64,000 bases of DNA from assembly GCA_018240865.1 (NCBI GenBank), contig JAFEEY010000042.1, positions 14,545 through 78,544 on the forward strand. The letters run 5' to 3'. Under the pieces are notes generated by a model, which had not been told where the DNA came from, did not search any database, and saw only the letters and a program-made list of their open reading frames with translations. This document shows, in pieces, positions 55,271 through 62,719 of this stretch. The stretch comes from Pseudomonadota bacterium (GTDB lineage Bacteria > Pseudomonadota > Alphaproteobacteria > Sphingomonadales > Sphingomonadaceae). How positions within the stretch are numbered: position 1 is the stretch's first letter; each line of letters begins with the position of its first letter. Position numbers and translations under genes: made by a program.

Positions 55271-56575
55271 TCAATCGTCAGGCCGGTTCTTCCGCCGATC
55301 CGCATATTTGATCACGAAGGCCTCCCAGAGCCGCATCCATTCGGTGTCGGTCCGGGGCCTCTTGATATCGGCGAATCCCTTGCGGAATGCGTTGGCCATA
55401 TCGTCGACTGACCAAGGATGGCCCTTAGTGAGACCGACACTCCGAAACGCCTGTTCGCGGTCGCCATAGGAAAGCGTTCCCGGCGGGAATGCGTGAAGCG
55501 GTTCGTCTGATTTCGCTGCGGGTTTCGTTGCCTGCGGAACGGTGCGAACCGATGATCTCGGTGCCGTTTCGACGCCTGGCGCCCCAACAAGTCGCAAATG
55601 GGGTCCGACCAATTTACGCTCCATCGGCGCTGGAGACGGATGAAGGACCACCTTCCTGCCGGAGAGATCGACGTTCGCGTTGGGATAAACCGCCGAGACG
55701 AGCTGCATCGTCTCCCGCACCGTTTGACGAAAGCGCTTGCTGTCAGCCTCGTTGCCGAGGTGCTTTGCCAGTTGATCCCAAGAAATGATCTGCCCCTTGT
55801 CGGAGCCGATCCGTGGGAGGCGATAGGCAAGATAGGTATAGAGATCGAGCGCCGTTGGCGTCCCTTTAAGCTCCCGGATCGCTACTTCGTTTAATGGGAC
55901 AGCGTGCTCGATAAGGTGACTGTAGAAGACCTCCGACATACGGATTTCCCGCGCGAAGGTGCCGTTCTTGTCGAGTGAACCAGCATATTCATTTGAGATC
56001 TTCACATCGCGGACCGCAAAGGCGTTGTCGTCCGTTTCGGTGCCATCCCAGCGAATCTGCCACTCGCACGCCAGCAAGCGGTCGACCTGTTCGCGCATCA
56101 GATTTGCGGTGCCACGGGGGCCATAGGACACCGTTTGATAGCCAAGCCGCCGCATCCATTCCGTGAAGTTGCGGCCGAGATAGACGTCGCGCGAACGCTT
56201 CATTACCGCCTGTGAAAGCAGATAGATGAGCGCAACCCTGGGATAGGCCCCATATGGAACACCCAGGCTTCTCATGACCGACTTGCCATCGATATTTTGA
56301 AGAACCGGCCGAGGGTTGATTGCCAGCGCGTACTTGCCGTCTTCCCGGATAATCGGGAGCGTGTCGTCCTTCGGGCGCTTGGTCGGGAGCGACATGGCGC
56401 AAAGCGCGGAATGGAGAAATGCCGGGACAGGCTCTTCGTCGTGGACTCGCAGGAAGGCGTCGAGCGTCAATTGGGTTCCGGCAGTGGAGGCAAGCTTCCG
56501 GACATTCTCTGCACCGCCATCGATCATGGCGAGTGCATATTGGTGCCCAATCGGCCTATGCTGATCTCCGTTCAT
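55271..56575 (-). CDS. Replication initiator protein A family
   Basis: LCAMSLPTKRP segment typical of this family, and position next to the iteron/DnaA-box region. Confidence 0.7.
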   Translation of the reverse strand: MNGDQHRPIGHQYALAMIDGGAENVRKLASTAGTQLTLDAFLRVHDEEPVPAFLHSALCAMSLPTKRPKDDTLPIIREDGKYALAINPRPVLQNIDGKSVMRSLGVPYGAYPRVALIYLLSQAVMKRSRDVYLGRNFTEWMRRLGYQTVSYGPRGTANLMREQVDRLLACEWQIRWDGTETDDNAFAVRDVKISNEYAGSLDKNGTFAREIRMSEVFYSHLIEHAVPLNEVAIRELKGTPTALDLYTYLAYRLPRIGSDKGQIISWDQLAKHLGNEADSKRFRQTVRETMQLVSAVYPNANVDLSGRKVVLHPSPAPMERKLVGPHLRLVGAPGVETAPRSSVRTVPQATKPAAKSDEPLHAFPPGTLSYGDREQAFRSVGLTKGHPWSVDDMANAFRKGFADIKRPRTDTEWMRLWEAFVIKYADRRKNRPDD

Positions 56576-56761
56576 TGTTCCGCCCTTCCCCGAATCTCCG
56601 GGGTCTGTGATGGCGCTGTCTCAACAGGTTTGGGTTTCGAAATCAACCCTGTTGGCAGTTTTGGCGGGAAATCAGGGGTGAGAGTTGCAATTCGACCGAT
56701 GATCTCGGTGCCGCTTTTGCCGAATCGCCCCTTCCCACTTTCAAAAATCGAAATTTTGAAG

Positions 56762-56777
56762 CCGATTCGCGAATCGG
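56762..56777. repeat. Perfect 16-bp palindrome CCGATTCGCGAATCGG next to an AT-rich stretch (56748-56765)
   Basis: Read directly, between the initiator gene and the iterons. Confidence 0.5.
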
Positions 56778-56891
56778 ATTGATTCAGGGATTCATGTAAT
56801 AGGTATGCGCTCCGAGATCATCGGTCTGTTGGCACCGAGATCATTGGTAGGACGCACCGAGATCATCGGAAGGTACTGAGATCATCGGTAT

Positions 56892-56900
56892 TTATCCACA
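56892..56900 (+). promoter_or_regulatory. Perfect DnaA box TTATCCACA
   Basis: Exact consensus 9-mer, 2 nt after the fourth iteron (56878-56889). Confidence 0.6.
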
Positions 56901-57117
56901 GGGCATCGCTCGGTGCAGCCGGACGCAGCAAGTTTTCGAAAAGCTTGCACCGACTCGGAGATCATCGGTGCGCCTCTACCAGGGCGCATTGGCATTACCT
57001 TGAAATCCGAAACGGCTCGGAGATCATCGGTAAAGTTGTAAGTTCGATGGCCAAATCGTTGCTCGAAACTGCCAACGTCGCTATTGTGGGCCATCAAACC
57101 CACAAAAGCGGAATCTC

Positions 57118-58320
57118 ATGGCCACTGATCCCACAAATGTCCCCGCCGATGACCTTCTGGAAGGTGGCCTGGATGTGCTTCACCGTAAAGCGCTCACGAT
57201 CCTCAAGCGGATCCGCGACAGCGCGGTCGATCCAGAGACAGGGCAGAAGCGAGCCCCCACCTTCCCTATCTCCAAGGCTGCATCACTTGTCGGACGCACC
57301 GCGTCGGCGATCCGAGAAGCTGAACGCGACGGGCGTTTGCCGGAGCGTGGGCGGACGGCTTCCGGTCATCGCGTCCAATATACGCTCGAAGAACTCGATC
57401 ATATGCGTGAGGTGTTCGGAACGCGTCCGTGGCGCAGCCCGGAAGATCCACCCGCCATTCTCTCGGTCTGCAATTTCAAGGGCGGTGTCGGCAAGTCCAC
57501 GATCGCGCTGCACCTGGCTCAGCACTTCGCGATCAACGGCTATCGTGTGCTGTTTATCGACTGCGACAGCCAAGCTTCATCGACAATGATGTTCGGCTAC
57601 CGACCAGACGTCGATCTGGAGGAGGACGACACGCTCTATGGGCATTTCCATAACCCGGAATTGCTGGGTGTGCGAAAGATCATTCGGAAGACCCACTTCC
57701 ATGGGCTCGATCTGATCCCTGCGAATTTGCGGCTCTACAATCTCGAATACGAGATCGCCGGCTACCTCGCGCGCAATCAGAACCTGAACATCATCGACCT
57801 GATCGCCGAGGCCATCGACTCGGTGGTAGAAGATTACGATGTGGTGATCATGGATCCGCCTCCAGCACTCGGCATGGTCTCCATGGCGGTCCTTCAAGCA
57901 GCCAATGCGATGGTGATCCCCGTGCCGCCAAGCCTGGTCGACTTCGCATCGACGGTGTCGTTTATCGACATGGCGAAGACCACGATGAAGCAGCTCGAGC
58001 AGCTCGCGGGGAGGGGGCGCCCGGCTTACAATTTCATCCGTCTCGTCGGCAGCCGGGTCGACGACAGCAAGTCGATGCATCGTGAGATACTTTCGATGAT
58101 GCGGAGCGTTTTCGGAGGCTCAATGTCTTCTTCGGTGATGGTCACCAGTGCGGAGATCGACAATGCCAGCTCGCGGATGAAGACGGTCTTTGAACTGGAA
58201 AAGCCCGTCACTTCGCACGAGGTTTACAACCGGTGCATGAGGCATCTGAATGAGGTTTGCCGAGACATCGAAGAAGACGTTTTGCGGACCTGGCCGAGCC
58301 GGGCAGGGGGGCAGCTTTGA
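57118..58320 (+). CDS. parA: ParA-family partition ATPase (repABC RepA-like, 400 aa)
   Basis: Deviant Walker A (NFKGGVGKST) with an N-terminal extension. Confidence 0.9.
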   Translation: MATDPTNVPADDLLEGGLDVLHRKALTILKRIRDSAVDPETGQKRAPTFPISKAASLVGRTASAIREAERDGRLPERGRTASGHRVQYTLEELDHMREVFGTRPWRSPEDPPAILSVCNFKGGVGKSTIALHLAQHFAINGYRVLFIDCDSQASSTMMFGYRPDVDLEEDDTLYGHFHNPELLGVRKIIRKTHFHGLDLIPANLRLYNLEYEIAGYLARNQNLNIIDLIAEAIDSVVEDYDVVIMDPPPALGMVSMAVLQAANAMVIPVPPSLVDFASTVSFIDMAKTTMKQLEQLAGRGRPAYNFIRLVGSRVDDSKSMHREILSMMRSVFGGSMSSSVMVTSAEIDNASSRMKTVFELEKPVTSHEVYNRCMRHLNEVCRDIEEDVLRTWPSRAGGQL

Positions 58321-58326
58321 GCAGCA

Positions 58327-58342
58327 GTTGCCACGTGGCAAC
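58327..58342. promoter_or_regulatory. parS-like palindrome GTTGCCACGTGGCAAC, copy 1 (extends to 22 bp, 58324-58345)
   Basis: Perfect palindrome read directly, 7 nt after the parA stop. Confidence 0.6.
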
Positions 58343-58396
58343 TGCGGGCAATTGTTCGCCGTCTATGGGGCTGAAATCTGCTAAGAATGATGCGTT

Positions 58397-58412
58397 GTTG
58401 CCACGTGGCAAC
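58397..58412. promoter_or_regulatory. parS-like palindrome GTTGCCACGTGGCAAC, copy 2
   Basis: Identical 16-mer. Confidence 0.6.
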
Positions 58413-58510
58413 CGAGCAAGGAAAGCGTTTATAAACAGTATCATGAGCCAAATTCCAGGATCAGTTTTCCCTCAGAAAAGGGGAGCCGAAGGCGAGGCGA
58501 ATTTCGGTTT

Positions 58511-58526
58511 GTTGCCACGTGGCAAC
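58511..58526. promoter_or_regulatory. parS-like palindrome GTTGCCACGTGGCAAC, copy 3 (18 bp with flanks)
   Basis: Identical 16-mer, 54 nt upstream of the parB ATG. Confidence 0.6.
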
Positions 58527-58579
58527 AGACCAACAAATCGGGTCTCCAAGATGCCGGAAATTCGAGTAGGAGCGAGCCG

Positions 58580-59563
58580 ATGACAAAAGGAAATAAGGGC
58601 TTCGGCTCGATGTTCACCGAAGGCCTGGATAATGAGGCCGAGCTTGACAATGCGAGCCCCTCGGAAGGGATCATCGCGAGCCGAAGCCAGACCCTGGCGC
58701 GGATAGCGAGCGGCAAGACGGTTACCGATCGAACGGAGTGGGTGGACCCGGCTCGTTGCCGTCCCTGGCGGATGCACAATCGCGACCTGGACCATTTGTC
58801 CGAAGAGAGCTGTCGCGATCTGATCGACTCCTTTCTCGCGGCGAAGCGGCAGCGCATCCCGGCGATCGTGCGTCGTCTGAAGGACGATCCTGACTACGAT
58901 TATGAGATCATCGCTGGCGTTCGCCGGTGGTGGACTGTCCAGTGGCTCCGCGAACATCATCATCCAGAATTTGATTATCTCGTCACGATCCAGACCGTCA
59001 CGGATGAAGAGGCATTCCGGGTTTCGGACGTTGAAAATCGGTCGCGAAAGGACATTTCAGACTGGGAGCGTGCAAAGGAATATGCGCGAGCGCTGTCGGA
59101 GTTTTACGAGAACTCCCAGTCCCAGATGGCGGAGCATCTCAACCTCTCGCGGTCATGGCTGAGCCGCCTGCTGGATGTTGCGAGGCTTCCTGAGGAGATC
59201 GTGGCGGCATTTTCGGACACCCACGACATTACCGTTCGAGTGGCGCGCGATATCAAACCGCTGACCAGCGAACCGAAAACTCTGAAGCGAATGCGAGACG
59301 AGGCCGAGCGCATCGAGGCCGAGCGTAGGAATGGTGGTTCCAGTCTGACCGGACCCGAGGTGGCGAAGCGACTTGTTCGTGCGACCGTTGAGGCAAAGAA
59401 GAAGGAGACTGGCGAGCGAGAGATCACGGGCAAAGGCGGAAAGACGATTCTGCGCTATGCCAGTGCCAGAGGTGGGGGGATCACGATCAAGATCGTGCCC
59501 CGGACCGGCGCCACGAAGGCCGAGCTCATGAAAGCGATCGAAGAACTGTTGCCGGCGAGCTGA
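58580..59563 (+). CDS. parB: ParB/RepB-family partition protein
   Basis: ParB N-domain (RIPAIVRRL...YEIIAGVRRW). AGGAG SD. Confidence 0.88.
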   Translation: MTKGNKGFGSMFTEGLDNEAELDNASPSEGIIASRSQTLARIASGKTVTDRTEWVDPARCRPWRMHNRDLDHLSEESCRDLIDSFLAAKRQRIPAIVRRLKDDPDYDYEIIAGVRRWWTVQWLREHHHPEFDYLVTIQTVTDEEAFRVSDVENRSRKDISDWERAKEYARALSEFYENSQSQMAEHLNLSRSWLSRLLDVARLPEEIVAAFSDTHDITVRVARDIKPLTSEPKTLKRMRDEAERIEAERRNGGSSLTGPEVAKRLVRATVEAKKKETGEREITGKGGKTILRYASARGGGITIKIVPRTGATKAELMKAIEELLPAS

Positions 59564-59609
59564 GCAAAACAAGCGAGACGGCGTTTCAGTACGGAGGGCG
59601 TCCCGGTCG

Positions 59610-60560
59610 CTATTCGGCCCGCAGCCGGCGCTGCGCGGCAGGCGTGGTGGGCAGCGCCGCGAGGAGCTTTCGGGCACCCTGAGGTGTCACAGACAGCAGC
59701 TTCGAAACGGAGGATGCCTGGAGCCCTGGATAGGCGATCAATAGGCGCCCGAGAAGCGGCAGGCGACTTCGCTGAGTTGCACCCAAATTGGTGAGCTTGG
59801 CGACGTCATGCTCAATTGCGGAAAGCTCGCGGAGCCCCGCCGCGCTGATCTGCCCGATCTCCTTAGCGAGGAACCCGGTCAGCGCGGCAGGGGAAGGGGG
59901 CATGAACTTGGGGAGCGGCACCAGTGAGGGGATGATGCGGCTCGTGAAGCCAGCGCGGTAGAGCATGCGAGGAAGAGCGGTCGCGACGAGCCAGTTGCGA
60001 TCGCGGCAGCGGGGAGGAAGCTCCAACGAGCGTCCGTCGATCGCAACAACCTCCGAGGCGCCGACCGGAAGACGCTCGGTCATTTCGGCAAGAGCGAACA
60101 CGCGCTCGGCGATGGACCGGAGATCGGCGACGGGGAAGGGTGCATCCGCCGCAGACTTCACCTGACGCCAGAGCGGGCCGAAGTGTGCGAGATCGTCTCC
60201 ACCATAGCGCTCAGCCTCTGCACGGTCGTCGAGGATGGTTCGGAGAGCATTGAGGGATGCGCGGCCAACCGGGTCTCTGACATCCTCGTCCCGACTTAGT
60301 GCGAGGTGGAAAATGGACGCCACCGATATCGGATCGTTGAGACCTTCGGAGGCGCGGGGAGGGGCGCTTCGCCCCGCGATCCAATCCTGCAGGTCGCCGA
60401 CAGCGATCGGCACGCCGGCGAGACCTGCTAACGCCGCGGCGCCGTGAAGGCGCGATCGCGCAAGGAAAATGTCGGCGCTTGTACTATGATGAAGCCGGCC
60501 GTCGAGCCGGCCGAGCAGCAACATTGGGTCATTTGCGCGGCGGTCGACGATCTCCTGCAT
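59610..60560 (-). CDS. Hypothetical protein, DUF1612-like with a C-terminal HTH
   Basis: The C-terminus (SKLLSVTPQGARKLLAAL) is HTH-like. This family often flanks repABC-type modules. Weak call. Confidence 0.45.
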   Translation of the reverse strand: MQEIVDRRANDPMLLLGRLDGRLHHSTSADIFLARSRLHGAAALAGLAGVPIAVGDLQDWIAGRSAPPRASEGLNDPISVASIFHLALSRDEDVRDPVGRASLNALRTILDDRAEAERYGGDDLAHFGPLWRQVKSAADAPFPVADLRSIAERVFALAEMTERLPVGASEVVAIDGRSLELPPRCRDRNWLVATALPRMLYRAGFTSRIIPSLVPLPKFMPPSPAALTGFLAKEIGQISAAGLRELSAIEHDVAKLTNLGATQRSRLPLLGRLLIAYPGLQASSVSKLLSVTPQGARKLLAALPTTPAAQRRLRAE

Positions 60561-60721
60561 CGCTCTTACGCTTAGCGCGTGAGGAAACCAAAGTCAGCAG
60601 TTGGTTTCGCCTCATGCTATCGTCGAAAAGTTCATATGCGATAATTGCACTTATCACATAAGCAGATTTGACCGTTCTTTATAAGGTGGGCTACAAGCGC
60701 GGCTGAGGAGCGAGGCGCGTC

Positions 60722-61960
60722 GTGAGCACCGAAACCGCCCGGGAAGGGCCAGAAATCCCCGTAGCGCCGCCTGAGGCTGTCCTGCCGGCCGTCAGGGCGC
60801 CGGCCGACCTTGCGTGGACGATCGTGCAGATGCGCGCCGGCGAGCGCATCACCGTCAACGAGGGCCTGATCGCCGCCTATCAGGCCGCTTCATCGCCCCA
60901 TAGCATCCGTGCGCTCAAGTCCGACGTCGAGGCGTTCGATGCGTGGTGTAGGCGCAACAACCGGATTGCACTGCCGGCCACGCCCGAGATCGTCGCCGAC
61001 TATCTCGACGCGCGGGCAGGGCAGGGGGCCAAGCCCGCCTCGCTTGGCCGCTACAAGGCGTCGATCGCCAAGATCCATCAGCTGCTTGATCTCAAGGATC
61101 CCACCCAGGCTGATCTCGTGAAGCTGCGGCTACGCGCGATCCGGCGCGAGAAGGGCACCGCGCAGGCTCAGGCGCGTCCCTTGCGCTTCAAGGGGCCAGT
61201 GCGAGACGTGGAGCGCGACAGTCCTCGCGGACTGAATGTGCGAGCTTTGCTGGAGGCGTGCGCGGGCGATCTGCCAGGCCTGCGGGACCGAGCCCTGTTG
61301 TCGGTGGCCTATGACACGGGGCTCCGTGCATCGGAGCTCGTCGCAATCAGCATCAATGACATTCTCGAGGCGCTTGATCCCGAAGCGCGCCTCCTCGCCA
61401 TCGCGCGAAGCAAAGGCGATCAGGAGGGCGAGGGAGCCACAGCCTATTTGTCGCCCCGCTCTGTGCGGGCTGTCGCGGCGTGGAGAGAGGCCGCTGGGAT
61501 CGACGCGGGGCCGTTGTTCCGGCGGGTGCAGGTACGGCGCTACAAAGCGCGGGCGGCTGTGAAGGGTCGTTCGATCGACAGCATCTCGGGCCGTGAGACT
61601 TGGGATCTGCGCAAGACGCTGTCCAAGCCCGCTGTGAAGGCGCGGGTCGAGTATGACATCGGCGCCGCGGCGCTCCATCCGGGATCGATCGGCCCGATCT
61701 GGCGGGCAATCATTCAGCGTGCGTTCGATCGCGGCGCATTGGGCGACCTTACCGCTGACGATCTGGCCCGACTGCTGAAGGGAATAAGCGCTCATTCGAC
61801 GCGGGTGGGTCTTAATCAGGACCTGTTCGTCGCGGGCGAAGATTTGGCCGGGATCATGGACGCGCTGCGCTGGAAAAGTCCCCGCATGCCGCTCGCCTAT
61901 AATCGTAATTTAGCGGCCGAAGCAGGAGCGGTTGGTCGCCTGTCTCGCAAGCTGGAATGA
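60722..61960 (+). CDS. Tyrosine integrase (GTG start)
   Basis: DTGLRASEL (R), AHSTRVG (HxxR), PLAYNR (Y). Lies next to the tRNA-derived att core. Confidence 0.9.
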   Translation: MSTETAREGPEIPVAPPEAVLPAVRAPADLAWTIVQMRAGERITVNEGLIAAYQAASSPHSIRALKSDVEAFDAWCRRNNRIALPATPEIVADYLDARAGQGAKPASLGRYKASIAKIHQLLDLKDPTQADLVKLRLRAIRREKGTAQAQARPLRFKGPVRDVERDSPRGLNVRALLEACAGDLPGLRDRALLSVAYDTGLRASELVAISINDILEALDPEARLLAIARSKGDQEGEGATAYLSPRSVRAVAAWREAAGIDAGPLFRRVQVRRYKARAAVKGRSIDSISGRETWDLRKTLSKPAVKARVEYDIGAAALHPGSIGPIWRAIIQRAFDRGALGDLTADDLARLLKGISAHSTRVGLNQDLFVAGEDLAGIMDALRWKSPRMPLAYNRNLAAEAGAVGRLSRKLE

Positions 61961-62123
61961 CTGAGTTTGGGACAGTGCTGCCGTTCCAAATTGATAGATC
62001 GGATGGCAGCTCCTGTCTGGAGCCGACATACATCGTTTGCCTGACTGGCATCACAGATCGGCAGAAAGTGGGCCGATTGTTGACCGTCCTCTTTTGGGGA
62101 GAAATCGGCTAAAGCTGCCGTCA

Positions 62124-62177
62124 AGCAGCTGACTCTTAATCAGCGGGTCCTAGGTTCGAGCCCTAGTGCGTCCACCA
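62124..62177 (+). pseudogene. 3' fragment of tRNA-Lys(CTT): anticodon arm, variable loop, T arm, 3' acceptor strand and CCA. Probable att core.
   Basis: gctga-ctcttaa-tcagc anticodon arm, ctagg-ttcgagc-cctag T arm, tgcgtcc-a-cca. No complementary 5' acceptor strand (ggacgca) or D arm upstream. Confidence 0.75.
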
Positions 62178-62719
62178 AACTTCTCAACGACTTAGGTGCA
62201 AATATACACCCCTTCCAAGGGGCTGTCGAGCGCCACTTAATCGCCACGTAATCAACGTGTTTCGTAGCCTGGCGTAGAAGCTTGATTTTCGATGTGCGGG
62301 AGGAGGTTTCCTCCCTGGTCGAAGCCGCTGTGCACCTTCTTCACACCCACCTCAGCGGGGACACCCCGCAACGCCCCGAAACGAGGAGCGGCGCTGGCGA
62401 CGCGCTCGGTCCCGTGCGCCGTTCCGGCGCACTCCTGCGGGCGCGGCGTTTCACGACAAGGGCCCCGCACGCACTCTGAACCGGCGGACATGGAACAAAG
62501 CGCAGGCCGGGAAAGCCGACAGGCCCCGCCTTTCCGCCTGCGCGAGCAATGACGCGATGCTCCGCCTCGTTCAGGGTGCAGTTTCTTGCTTTAACGATCT
62601 CGCTGGCCGCTCGCGCGGTTGTAAGCGTTGAGGGGGGAGAGTCAGAGTCTGGCGGGCTGCGCCGTGACGGGATGAGGGTCGAGAGAGAGGCTCCCGGCCA
62701 GCCGTCATGGAGATCTCCC

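Larger units (their letters stand above)
56695..57031. repeat. Iteron array. GAGATCATCGGT occurs six times in direct orientation (56814, 56837, 56859, 56878, 56958, 57020) plus an inverted copy at 56695-56706.
   Basis: Read directly. The first four copies are spaced 19-23 bp apart. One copy has a C-to-T change and one a terminal A. Confidence 0.7.
1..62177. mobile_element. Conjugative integrative element (ICE or integrative plasmid). The right boundary is tentatively the tRNA-Lys 3' fragment; the left boundary lies outside the window.
   Basis: Relaxase, coupling protein, ssb, ArdC, PRTRC, rep/par module and integrase next to a tRNA-derived att core all occur together. No mating-pair-formation (T4SS) genes are in the window. 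Confidence 0.6.

Noticed and set aside
56814-57031. CRISPR-like array of the GAGATCATCGGT repeats
   Set aside because: The repeats are only 12 bp, spacers are 7-68 bp and irregular, and there are no cas genes. The context (initiator gene, DnaA box) indicates iterons.
60640-60700. Sigma70 promoter for the integrase in the AT-rich spacer
   Set aside because: TTGACC and TATAAG hexamers exist but are only 6 nt apart. No pair with acceptable 16-18 nt spacing was found by eye.
62102-62177. A complete tRNA-Lys gene
   Set aside because: The 26 nt upstream of the anticodon stem cannot form an acceptor stem with tgcgtcc or a D arm. Only the 3' 54 nt are tRNA-like.
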